Positions 28,160 to 40,378 of a stretch of DNA of 64,000 nucleotides are shown here, piece after piece. Source of the stretch: Octopus sinensis. Lineage: Eukaryota. Both the position numbers and the translations under genes were made by a program. The DNA lies in assembly GCF_006345805.1 (NCBI RefSeq), contig NC_043010.1, positions 31,248,001 through 31,312,000 of the forward strand, read 5' to 3'. The notes under the pieces were generated by a model. It made no database searches and was not told the DNA's origin. It saw only the letters and a program-made list of their open reading frames with translations. Each line of letters begins with the position of its first letter. Position 1 is the stretch's first letter.

Positions 28160-29110
28160 CACACACACACACACATATATATATATATTTATATGTAGAC
28201 ACACATGCAGGACTATGCAATAGAAAATTAGAAAGAGTGCCAAAATCTAGATTATACTAAAAGAAAAACCAGTAATTTCGTTTTCGTAAAGATGTTGTTG
28301 GTAATGAGGAGCGAAACGAAATACCTTCAATGTTTCCGCAATTATAGTGAACCAACGAGAGAGAAAGAACGGAAAATAAGAACAATTATAAAGAATATCT
28401 ATCTATCTATTTATCTATCTTTCTATCTATTTATCTATGTGATGGATTAAGAAAGTTAACAGCTTATTTTAGTTTGCCAAAAGCTAAAAATAAACACATG
28501 CACAAAGTGTCAGGATAATATCTTCCCCAGGTGCACCATATCTTTAAAGAGTTTTTACAGGTAAATTTCCGTACACCTGGAAACGTTATTGCAAAGCTGT
28601 TGAAGGCAAAAAAGTTGTTGTGAAAGGCTATTTACTAACGTTACTGAGGCTATCAACACTTAACGTCTGTGCACGCGCGCGCGCGCACACACACATTCTT
28701 TAATTGGTTTCAGTCATTGAACTGTTCCATGCAACAACCAACATTTGATCCTCATTTTGTGACCAGAAGTATCTATCGAAGGGCGTGCGAATAAATCTAT
28801 CTATTTCAAAATGAAATACAAAATGAGTTTTGTGACTTTGTAACATTCATACCATTCCTGATCGCCGTGAATGAAAAGAAATTGCCAAAACAAGATAACG
28901 AACACGCAGAGAAAAGACATGCATCTCTCGCTATATGGGTGCATTATAAATGTAACTGTAAATTTGTATATATACACACGCGAGAGGAATGTTTAACAGG
29001 ATCGTGACAGAAAGAAAACAACCCATTATGCTCTTTTATTTTTTTTTCTAAGAGAGAAAAAAGAAGCAAAATTCAACAATAAGGATCTATGAAAGGTCCA
29101 AGATACTCAC

Positions 29111-29290
29111 CTAACTTCTGCATTGAGATCTACGCTCTGAGAAAGGTAATGAAGCCGGTTGAAGTGGCGCAATCTGAACTCCGATCGGCACAAAACAACT
29201 GCGCTAGAGGAGGAAGGCCATGCTAAGACGACAGAGATGTAGAGAGAAGTCGCAGAAACGGAGTAGGAGAATGTGGTGTTGGCTACAGGA
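29111..29290 (-). other. Candidate first/5'UTR exon of a minus-strand transcript
   Basis: Strong minus-strand donor AG|GTGAGT at 29111/29110, in CpG-retaining unique sequence next to a CT-rich (GAGA-like) tract at 29350-29640. There is no in-frame ATG giving an open reading into the donor. Confidence 0.35.
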
Positions 29291-29802
29291 GTAAAAGTGC
29301 ATAGCTTAGAGAGTGATAGAGGAAGAGCAGCAGCTAGAGAATAGAGAGAATTGTTGTGGCTCTAGCTTACCCTCCCTCTCATACACACTATCTATTTTAT
29401 TATATTTTATATTATTTATCTATATGTACCTCCTCCCTCTTTCTTTGTCAGTATGTTCTCATAACTCTCTCTACTTCACCTATTTGTCTACCTATTTTTC
29501 CCTTTTCTCCTGTCTATCTTGATCTCTCTTTTCCTTTCTTTTATATTTGTTTTCTCTTTTTCTTTCCTTCCCTTTTCTTTCCTGTAGTTCAGTCTCTCTC
29601 TCTCTCTCTACTCACGCGTATCTCTCCCTTTCTCTCTCTCACACGTATATATAACACACACACACATATATATATATACATACATACATATATATATACA
29701 TATATATATATACATATATATATTTATATATACATATATATTTATACACATATATATATACATATTTATGTATTTATATCTGTGTATGCGCGCGCATATA
29801 TG

Positions 29803-29838
<36 letters not shown>

Positions 29839-30230
29839 TGATAATGCAGTGAGTGTGACAGATAGATAAGCACACACATACACACACAGAGTAAGAGAGA
29901 GAGAAAGATCGCAATTTATCTTTTCTCTTGGCTTCCCCTCTTTCTTACAATGAGAAAAGGAAGTGCTATTAGAACACTTACAAATATGCGCTCTTAAATG
30001 CAAACTCTAAAGCGTAAGAGCACGCACATATGTACACAAACACGCGGACACATTTCTCAGTGTAAAGTCTTTAAGACATCAAATTGGTATGTTGCACGCA
30101 CACACACATACGCGCACCATACACACACAAACCACATCTCTATGTGCATGTGTGTTTATGTGCATAATGTACATATCAATCTGTCTGTCTGTCTATCTGT
30201 CTGCCTGTCTGTCGATCAGTCTGTTTATCT

Positions 30231-30261
<31 letters not shown>

Positions 30262-30835
30262 GAACATAAAAATGGATATCCGTCTGTTTCGACAATGATC
30301 AACTGAACTACCTATTCGTTCATTCTACTAACATTTAAGTGGCTGAGTATTCCCAGACACTTGCACTCTTAGTGTACTCTTATCTTGGGGCCAAATCAGC
30401 ATGGCACGGTGAATGATAAGGCTACCAGTCTGAAGTACAGGTACCACCCATCCAACAAGCTTTCGCACAGAATTCGTCTACCCAACTTCACTCCCACGTG
30501 TACTTTACGATGAACCCTAAGTTGGCCTGCCTAAAGCTATGAGTAAAATACTCATACTCGAGAAGCTCGCAGTAGGATCGAAACTGGGACTACTTGATTT
30601 TGAAGAAAACGTCTTAACCATTTAGCCACTCCTTCACTTTCTCTCTCTCCCCTCTCCCTCTCACACACAGATTTTTGTGTGTGTATTTTTATTGATCGCA
30701 GAAGTTACTGAGTGGTTCTAGTACCGAGAGTTTCGTGCTTTTTATCACCAAACCTTTGTCTTACTCGTGTGTGTGTGTGTGTATGTAGTGCTATTCTCCA
30801 CAATGGAGAATAACGTTAATTGATCAACAGAATGT

Positions 30836-31065
30836 ATGTGTGTATGTATGTATGTATGTATGTGTGTATGTATGTATGTATGTATGTGTGTGTGTATGTA
30901 TGTATGTATGTATGTATGTGTGTGTGTATGTATGTATGTATGTGTGTGTATGTATGTATGTATGTGTGTGTATGAATGTATGTATGTGGTATGTATGTAT
31001 GTATGTATGTATGTATGTGTGTGTATGTATGTATGTATGTATGTGTGTATGTATGTATGTATGCA
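30836..31065. repeat. (TATG)n/(TG)n compound microsatellite
   Basis: About 230 bp of ATGT units interspersed with GT units. Confidence 0.95.
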
Positions 31066-32399
31066 TAGTGTTTACTTATTGACATGAGAAGGCAGCGGTG
31101 AGTTGTTTAATAAATAGCCAATCGGAGTTTGAGAGAGAAGCGATGAAGCTGTAGAAGTGATGAAAGAGTGCAAGATAAGAAAATGATAGCTGAAATAAAT
31201 CACAGAAGGAAAGTACACAGAGTGTAAAGAGAGAGAGAGAAACAGAGAGACAGAGAGACAGATGAAGTGGGAGATGTGTTTATTCAGCTATTTATCAGGG
31301 TAATTGGGAGTTAAAGGTGGTGGCGGTGGTGAAGGATGATAAACTTGTTGGAAAAAGGGAGAGATAGGAGAGGAGTAAGAGAGAGGGAGAGAGATGTAAG
31401 TCAGTATATCCAAATGCCTTTCAATTCCATTCATTCTCTCTTCATTCGTCCCTCTCTTCGATGCCTGGAGACTTAGTGTTTGTTCATATTGACAGAGGCA
31501 GTAGTGGTTGTGAGTAGGTCTGTGGTTGGCAATCTTTGAAGTGTCAGTGCGGGTGTGTGGTGGAAGCAAGGGCCCGGGAACAGGGGGTGCAGCGTGTGCA
31601 CCTGCACCCCTTGGAATTTTCAGGTGGTGCAAGATCAAAATTTGCACCCCTTACATAATTTTACCAGTTTCAGAAAATAGTGTCTAAAAAATTATCTGCA
31701 TAAGATGCTTGAAGCTAGATTTTGTTTCAAAGCAAAAACAAAGAATAAAAATAAATAAATAAAAGTGATGAAGCTGGGCTTAAAATTCGCAAAGGAATTT
31801 ATGACTAACCAACTTCTGAAGCAAAGTAGCGTCAAAATAAAAAGTATGTGACAACAACAACAGTAGCAGCAAACAACAAGAACAACAACATGACCAGCAT
31901 CTACGGCTACTCTTCAATACATAGCATTACTTGGATTCTTGAAGACAGCCCTATTCTGACAAAAATAACTCCAAAATCTTGTAATGCTGAAAATGTGTGA
32001 AGGTTCTTGTCCTCTCTCAGTCTGTCACCTCTCTCAAGTTCTTTGTAGTTGATGTTGCTAAAGACTGACGACATGGTTGAATGGATTCGACTGTTTGACC
32101 TCAGCCTAAAATTGAAAGCCCTTTAAAAATTCTTTTATTTCATATTGGTTTTCTCATTTAGGTTGTTAGGTCCAAAGTTTGACAAGGGAACAAAATGATT
32201 TATTTTTATCTTTGATATCTAATGCTCATTGTTAAATGCTTTGGTACTTATTGCTCATTCGAAATACTAGTCCAGTTTAATAAAAAAAAAAAGATTTTGA
32301 AAAGAAATAAATGAAGACCAACCCCGAAATTACCTAATTTTCAAAGAAATGTATTCGACAATTTCAGACTAATTTATATAAAAAGGAAATGATATTAAA

Positions 32400-32760
32400 A
32401 ACATTACCTACCGTCATCCCGACACGGTTAACCACGAAGATCATTTCAGAGGTGCTTTTTTTGGCTCATAAGTCTAACCCTAGCTGAGGCCAGCACACAG
32501 GCTAATATGCTTTTAACAGGGGTCTTTCATTTTACTAATCTTAGCTGGTCCGAGGATTATATCCAGCCTGGAACTAAGCAACTGAAGTGGAGGAATATGA
32601 CCCCTTTCCTCGATACAACAAAAGACTTTCCCATACAACAAATCATTACCCGTCCAATTAGGGGAAAATAGCATACTCGACTTTGTTTTTATTCACAATG
32701 TTCAGGTCATTCCCACAGCTATTTCCAACCAAAGCATTATACAATTATCTGTATATGGTA
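32400..32760 (+). mobile_element. Old CR1-type LINE, APE endonuclease remnant
   Basis: Translation pieces YRHPD, MLLTGVFHFTNLSW and FLDTTKDFPIQQIITRPIRG...ILDFVF resemble the YRPP, GDFN-P-I-W and PTRG-N-LDL motifs. Confidence 0.6.
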
Positions 32761-33929
32761 CTATAAAAATAAGAACGTTCTATTCTTAATAATATAAATT
32801 ACTGACTATATTTTACATGCAGCGGCAATACACATAAGTTTGGAATGACAACAAGATTTCTTTTTAAGATATATACATTATTTATTTTACATATTTTACA
32901 ATCATGTTTGATGTTGGAAGTGTGTAAGTGTTCGCATGTTTTTGTGTCTGTGTGTTCGTTAGGCGTAAAAAGGTACTGACCAGTGAAATGACGATGGGAT
33001 TTGATTCACAGTTAATGTTGTTGGTATCGGCTTGGCAACAGGTAATAACAGATGGCTTAAGGTAGTTCTTAGAAGAAACTAGAACCCAAGAACAGATAAT
33101 TGATTTACCGTTTATGAGGTACACTGTAAGAGTCCCATATCAAGATATTGCATGTCGCAGTTGAGATTAATTGAATCACTCGTGTTTATCTTTCTCTTGA
33201 TATGAATATACTTCCAGACATGTTTCTGTAGCCGTTTTCTTCGTGGCGAGAATTTCACCTAACCGCTATAGTTGAATCTGTAGTTGTCTCGTGTACAATT
33301 TAAATCTTCGATGTTTGTCGATTGGTTCTTGCTGCTTCTTCATTATATGTTCTGCTTGGTTATGTTTCTCTAGTTATAGATATCTTGTAACCGTTTTTTT
33401 CATGGTGATTTTTCACACTAACAGTATGAGAGGTATCTGTAACATCTTGTATTAATGGTGGTCGCCTGCCTCGAAACTGGAACTTGGTCGAGTATTCTCT
33501 GTGTGGTCAGAGACTTAGTTCTTAAAAGAACTAAAAGCCTAAGACGAGCTGTGTGGTCAGAGGTTTAGCTCTGAGAAGAACTAAAAACCTAAGATGAATA
33601 TTCTTCTGAGAAACCTTATTTTATAAGCTTCATATGGCTCCCAATGAACTTCAGAAATGGAAAGCTGTGAATGGCTGCTTGGACTATGGCGCGAAAATAA
33701 GTCGAGACATTTTGCGCCAAGTTATAACCAGCGGTGCGAGCGTAGTAGAGACCAACGTGTCAGCCAATCGAATTAGTGTTTACATCAATGTTGAACCAGC
33801 CAAAGCTGTTTGTAATCTCGACCGAGGTCATTCTATATACTCTTCTCAAACAGTGAAGATAGCACTGAGAGACGATATTGCTACAGTACAAAGAAATATC
33901 CGACTCGCAGCATGGATTTCTACCCTTGC

Positions 33930-34480
33930 CTAACAAATCTTCTCCTTCTTGAAGAATGGATTACAAGGACCATGGATGAAAAGGACTTGGTGGGCGTGGT
34001 ATTTTTGGACTTCGCAAAGGCGTTTGACTCCGTTAATCACTGACTTCTCTTGCGCAAACTTCGAGCATTCAAGATTCATCCATTGGTGACTTTGTGGATT
34101 TCTTCCTTCCTGAGCTATCGAACCTTTTGGGTGCAGATAAATGGAGATATCTCAGCGGAGACGAATGCATGCAGCGGCGTTCCCCATGGGTCGGTGCTGG
34201 GGCCAATACTTTTCCTTCTCTATATCAACGACCTGCCAGATTTTCTTGATGGAAGAGTTCTCCTATTTGCAGACGACGTCAAACTTGTCTCACCTAGGAA
34301 TCAATACGACATACTCCAATCGTCGCTGAACCGAGCTTGGAATTGGGCGGAAGAATGGAATCTGAACTTGAACGCCTCAAAATGCAGCCATTTGCCTATA
34401 GGTTCACCTCCAAACTCTCCCTTGACTATTGGCCACAAACATCAACATCTTAAGATGGTCACTGAAGAAAAGGATCTCAG
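33930..34480 (+). mobile_element. Low-divergence CR1-type reverse transcriptase fragment
   Basis: LTNLLLLEEW...VFLDFAKAFDSVNH*LLLRKL...SGVPHGSVLGPILFLLYINDL...LLFADDVKL...WNLNLNASKC, with a single in-frame TGA at a probable CGA. Confidence 0.92.
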
Positions 34481-34489
34481 CATAACGTA

Positions 34490-35690
34490 TCGCAGCCCCA
34501 TGCATAATCCAAGCGAATTCTTTGATCCCACAACTCAAGTGCAGAGACACAACTTAAAATTAATATCATGGAAGTTGATATACTTGCGGTTATTAATGAT
34601 TTAGACCCAAACTCAGCATCTGTACCAAATAGTATTCCAGTTATATTGGTAAAAAACGTGCAAAAACCACCTCATGAAATCATTAAAGGTACTATTTCAA
34701 AAGTCGCCAGATACCGCCATATTCTCGAGGCTATTGAAAGAAGCTATAATAAAACCTATATAGGTACAAAGGAGGTAGCAGTGCTGAAGCTAAAAATTAC
34801 AAACCTGTTTCCCTCACGTCTTACACATCTTAAATTATCCAATGCCTTGTCCGAAGACAAAAAGTAATAATATACCTGGAGGAAAACAACTTAGATGACA
34901 CTCGGTATAGGTTTCGGACTGAACGAAGTTGCCTGTCACAATTCTTACAGCGTCATAACACTACCTCTAATAATCTCTTAAGGGGAAAGATCATTGACTG
35001 TTAAAACCTTGATATTGTTAAGGCGTTTGACAAGACTGATCATGGAATCATCTGTCATAATTTAAGAAATCTTGGTATCACAGGAAAAGTCGGAGAATGG
35101 TTCTTTAACTCCCTATACGGTAGGAGTTAACCTATTACTGCAAATGGATTTCTCTCTAAGTTACCTGTAATATGTCGTATACATCAGGGAATGAATTACA
35201 CAAGAATATCGATGGCTAGGAGCTAAACCAGAAAAAATACGAAAATTAGTACATCAAAATTTCAGCTTCTTCATTACAAACGAATTCACCCAAATCGCAA
35301 TATTTGACACAAGGTAACATAATGATTCAGAGCACTAATGACATACAGGACTTAGGTGTAATCATGTCAAATGATGCATTTTCCATCAGCCATATTATCA
35401 AACTAACCTTTAAATGCAGCAAACTCATAGGCTGCATCCTACGAACATTCATGACAAGGGAACCGGTAGTTAGTTTTATATTTAGGGAAAACCCTAGTTC
35501 TGAGCAGTTTATATTACTGCTTACAATTTTAATCTTCTAACTCATCCGGTCTCATAGAAGAAATTGAAGGGTTACAAGGAATGTTCACTGGTAAAATACA
35601 TTCAGTTAAAAGTTTTATTTACCAAGAATGTCTGAAAGCGCTGAGTCTCTTGACACCAAAGAGAAATATATACTATCACATTCATATGGA
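34490..35690 (+). mobile_element. Old CR1-type LINE RT region and 3' remnant
   Basis: INDLDPNSASVPNSIPVILVK, KAFDKTDHGIICHNLRNLGITGKVGEW, DLGVIMS and CILRTF, heavily frameshifted. Confidence 0.7.
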
Positions 35691-35700
35691 AAATTGTTGG

Positions 35701-35969
35701 GAGACATATGGCGTAGTGGTTAAGAGCGTGGACTACTAACCCCAAGATTCCAAGTTCGATTCCAAGCAGTGACCTGAACACTAACAACAACAACAATAAT
35801 AATATACCTTAGGAATGAGAACACAGGTTCGAAATTTCCCCAAGACACCTGAAGAAGGCTGGAGGGTATATCAGCCGAAACGTTGTGTTAACAACAAACA
35901 AGATGAGGACAAATATCCAACGAATGTAAATAATGTATATAATTCCTTATCTCTTAAATATAGAACTGT
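35701..35969 (+). mobile_element. tRNA-headed short retroposon carrying a hammerhead ribozyme (family H1)
   Basis: A-box TGGCGTAGTGG (35709), B-box GTTCGATTCC (~35754), (AAC/AAT)n spacer, HHR at 35844-35889 and tail AAATATAGAACTGT. A homolog lies at ~62355-62674. Confidence 0.75.
35844..35889 (+). ncRNA. Minimal type I hammerhead ribozyme
   Basis: GACAC-CTGAAGA-A-GGCTG(gagggtatat)CAGCC-GAAA-CG-T-T^-GTGTT: stem I GACAC/GTGTT, 5-bp stem II, palindromic ACGT stem III and a complete core. Confidence 0.75.
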
Positions 35970-36485
35970 GGATGGACATGTTCCAAACTTCGGCACGGGA
36001 GAGAGTTTTAATGCGCGAACATTTATATACTCTAAGCTTGCAAATATACTACGTTCGAAATCATGGGCTAAAATACTCTATTGTAACAATCTGACATTTA
36101 GAGTTCCCTCAACTGTTCAACTACCTATTTAAATTAAAAGAAATATAAAAGAGACTTTTACTGAAACATTAAAAAAACCCTCCAAAAACTCATTAGATGA
36201 ACTCTTAACGATACCTTAGAAGTCAACCATTCAATGATGATGCATTCAGAGGAGAACAGCTGCTAGAAAACTCAATCATAGACCACCTTCCAGTCAAGAA
36301 GCAACAACAAAACTTAATTGAAAATACATTAAGGGGGTGTTCCAGAATGGCTGCAGTGCTATCATTAAAAGGATATGAATACGCACACACACACACACAG
36401 AGGCACGTGTGTGTGTGAGAGAGAGAGAGAGTTTGTATGTGAGCTGATGTGTGATTCATCTTGTTTCAAATATTGTACCAGACAG

Positions 36486-36600
36486 AAGGCAATGAGCTGG
36501 CAGAGACGTTAGCATGCCGGGCGAAATGCTTAATGGTAATTCGTCTGCTATTACGTTCTGAGTTCAAATTCCGCCGAGGTCGACTTTGCCTTTCATCAGT
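36486..36600 (+). mobile_element. SINE family A, 3'-truncated
   Basis: AAGGCAATGAGCTGGCAG...CTGAGTTCAAATTCCGCCGAGGTCGACTTTGCCTTTCATC. Confidence 0.85.
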
Positions 36601-36754
36601 ACTTAACCCAACTCGAGAAATCTCTGGTGAGACTTTTTATTGGTGTACCTGAAGAGTCCCAGAATGGGTCGAAACATGTGTTATACCCAATAAAGTCTAT
36701 CACACATTCCATCTCCTATTTTATCAATACTATTCCCTTCCGGTCATTTCAAAA

Positions 36755-36950
36755 TGTAACCACATGTGACTCGTTGGCGATCTTTGTTCTCCGTCTTCCT
36801 TTTTTCTTGGACTTTCCTCTGTCTCCTGTTTCTTAAGAAGAGCTTTGCTCGAAACGTAAAATCAACTTTCTTTTCCTGAGCGTCTGCTAATACTTTGCAT
36901 ATACCACGTTCTTGCGTTATTTTTTCTTTGTTATTGATTTTTTTATTTAC
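36755..36950 (+). mobile_element. Short HHR-bearing repeat (family H2); core mutated CTGA>CTTA
   Basis: 36828-36862 reads GTTT CTTAAGA A GAGC TTT GCTC GAAA CG T A AAAT; flanks are homologous to 49500-49700. Confidence 0.8.
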
Positions 36951-36971
36951 TATATATATGTATACATAAAG

Positions 36972-37266
36972 ATTCCTGGAAAGTTCCAAGGGTTTTTCAA
37001 CGTCCTGGAAAACCGGTAGAAAACTTCCTGTGAAGTTCCGAGGATTTCATAGAAAGTTCCGATGATTTTCCAACTTCCTGGGAAATTGATCGAAAACTTC
37101 CTGGGAAGTTCCGAGGATTTCCCCACTTTCTGGAAACTTGGTCGAAAACTTCCTGGAAAGTTCCGATGATTTCATGGAAAGTTCCAGTGCATCGCGGAAT
37201 GTGTGCATCGCGGAATGTGTGTATCGCGGAATATGTACTTCGCGGAATATGTGCTTCGCGGAATGT
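36972..37266. repeat. Tandem repeats: GGAAAGTTCC/AACTTCC-rich units followed by five 16-bp units
   Basis: Five copies of GTGCATCGCGGAATGT (variants) at 37187-37266, preceded by degenerate units containing GAAAGTTCC and AAACTTCCTG. Confidence 0.85.
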
Positions 37267-39467
37267 GTGACTCATAAACACATGAAAGTGTGCAGTGCAA
37301 ACAGAACAATAAAATAAGCGAAAATAACAAACTTAGCTGAAAATAGTGTCCTTTGTTAAAAGTCTACTGCTGAAAGTGAAAAGATGTGCGTGCAAAGAAA
37401 AAGAGTTGTTGAAAGCCTATGTGAGAGTCTTATGTACGTGCAAAAGTTCATAGACAATGCAAGGTTTGTACGTCGGGACGAGATGAAAAGCGTGTGTATG
37501 CCGAAAAGGTTGCATGTGCGGGCTTCCGTCTTTTCTTCCAGTTAGTTTCTGGGAATGTAGCTGTTGTAATGATGCATTTATTGGCTTCCATGGTCTGCAA
37601 ACGTCTTGTGCAGTGTCGCATTTTTGTGAAGTGCATCGTGGTATAGAGCTTTCTGTAGCACGTCGAAGGAGGGTGCATCTTGGTGGTGACGAAGGTTGTC
37701 ATTCTTTTTCTTTGGTTTAGCGACTGTTGATATTCCAGTCCTTTAGTTCGAATCAGCAAAATGCTGCGGCATCTAGCATCAGGAGGTAGTAATTCTCTTT
37801 ACACGGGCTCACCAAGTTGTTGGCAATGTAGCTTCAGAAGGCAGCAAATCTTTTTCCACGGGGTCGCCAGTTTGTTGCGGTTAGTTCTTGGAAAGGCTGC
37901 AATTCTCTTGTTCGGGGTTACCACTTGTAACGATAAAGTTTTTAGTTGAAGTCGAGGGTCACCAATTGTAGCGAGAGAAATTGATTAGTAAACAATATTA
38001 TAAAATGTCGGAGTCAGCAGTTGTAACGATAAAAATTTGTTGTTATAATTGCATACTGTAGGATGTGAAAGATGAACAATGCATGAGCATTACTTTTTCT
38101 AACGATGCATATTTTACTTTCCATTTTGAAATATGTTCCGTGTCGGAGCTTAAACCTCTGGGCATGCAGTTATTTATCTATTTATTTAATTTTTTGTGAA
38201 GCTGTGTGACCTGTTGTTTAGGATATTATGCTTACCCCCATAAAGCCATGGGTTCAATTTCTGTAGGGCGATCCTCATACCCGCACACCCTCACAGCCTC
38301 AATGTTCCGTTTGGTCGAGATGGGGCGGCGCGAAAAGGTGTTTATGTTTGCTTGCGACTGAATAAACACCTAAAACAATATGCAAAAACACGGTACAAGT
38401 TATCAAACCATGCTCGATCGCAAGACCGTCGCCAGACTTTGGTGCCTGGAGGTGCTTCAGAATATTGCAGGTGTGTATTGATTTGTATTGCGAAGAGATC
38501 TTTGTAAACTGTATTTTCAAAATCTGAGGGTGCACCATTGCATAGTGAGGAGCAGTGCCGTCCAATGCACCCCCTTAGTGATGGATATACTCGATCGCGA
38601 GTGGCAACTAGCTGAACTGTACTAAACTTGATTTCTTACTCAGGTAAAAAGCCAGTTGGTAGAAGTGGATATATTGTCAACTGAGCCGATAACCATATGC
38701 TACTTCATATATGTTATCGACACCGGAAGAATAAAAGATAAAGCATCAAAAGATAAAGAGACAAAAACTATTATCATTTAATAAGTTGGTGGACCAATGT
38801 TTCTCTTAAATTGATGCTTTTTTTTAAAACTTGGCTTTAAAAAATTGTTTAAAAGATCGACTTCGCCCTATATGTAGCTGTTCTCCATGTAGGACCAACT
38901 TAGCACAACATTATAGGTTCCTGGGCGAATAAGTGCATTGCGTCCAATAGTACATGTTTGTAGACAGGGAACCACAGCAGGCATAGATCAGAAATGGAAC
39001 CCTAGACCCACGGGGCCCCCAGACAACAGTCTTGCATGCCCATGCCCCTAAGACGGCACTACACGCACATATACACACGCGCGTGCATATGCATAATATA
39101 TTATATGTGTGTGTGAGAGAGAGGGAGAGAGAGAGAGAAAGAGAGAAATAGAACACTTAGTAGCGCCCAAATGATTTGAATGTACACTCCGAAATCTTTA
39201 CCGAGGACTAAGTCCGCGGGCTAAAGAGGTGAGCTGATATGGAGATAATGATGCCAATAAACAATTAAAACCGCCTGGGCAAGATATACAAAATATATAT
39301 TCCTAAATACATGTAAATAGAGAGAAAACAAAAACTGACGAGGAATATTCGTATATAAATATATAGATATTAATGTATTAACAGAGGAAACTTACACAGA
39401 GTACAAAGATACAGAAAATTAAGGGGTGAATGTATGGTGTAACAGGTCTGACAGCTGTTTCTAGGGC

Positions 39468-39693
39468 CTCGGAATTACCTCATAATGTTGGCAGATGTAG
39501 TTCACAAGAAGTAACCAGTGGAAGCATATAAACATTGAATATATCCGGCCTCCATCTTCAGGGTGGAGAGATGAGATATTTTATCTCTCCACCCTGAAGA
39601 CGGAGGCCGGATCTATCCAGAGTTTATATGCTTCCATTACTGGTTTCATATTTTAGTGAGCTACATCTGCTAACATTATGAAATAACTCCGAG
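39468..39693. repeat. ~226-bp imperfect palindrome (fold-back)
   Basis: Inner arms 39543-39572 and 39583-39612 are 30 bp with one mismatch, around a 10-nt loop; arms extend with indels to CTCGG...CCGAG. Confidence 0.9.
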
Positions 39694-40378
39694 CAATTGG
39701 CATAAAGGCTCTCTTTTTAATTCAGAACAATCAGTGCTCCATCACTGATAGCTACAGAAAATGAAATAGCGCAATGGCAAGCTTAAAGATTTGGGTCGTG
39801 TATTTTAATTTCGATTGAAGTTCTCTTTAAGTATGACAATCAATCAGTGGAATGGAGGGAAAGAATACTTAATCTTCAGTAGCGTTTAGCGGGGTTGTTG
39901 TTTTGTCCGAAGTCGGCCCTAATTGAACATTACCATTATAATCAAATGCGTTTCAGCTGTGACCAACACTTTCTGATCAGATAATGTATCTAGAACTACA
40001 TTTGCCAATATGTCCTTCTTTTTTTAAAGGAATTTAGTATGTGATTCAATGATGATTTGATTACTATTTTTAGCAGAGTGAGTGAGTAGAGCATAGTGAA
40101 AATAGCGAATTTAGCATGATTGAAAGGCTTAATTCTCAATTGAGTTTGCTTCTTTTAAGAGGCTGAGTGAACATGACCAATGATAATTATAACTAATCAA
40201 CGAGATTTATTAATCCTCTCGAAATATATAATACCAAAATTTGTTTAACTTCAATCCTTAGTCATTTCGGAAACATGCATATTTAAACAGTAACGTACAT
40301 AATTATGCGACTAACCCACACGCCCTAAAATTAGTGGCCTTGTGCCAAAGATGGAAACCATTATTATTATTAGTACTA

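Noticed and set aside
33634-33933. 99-aa ORF with faint integrase-like LDY...DRG spacing
   Set aside because: The similarity is too weak to call without an HMM search.
37187-37266. Regular 16-bp repeats as a possible CRISPR array
   Set aside because: No spacers, eukaryotic context and no cas genes.
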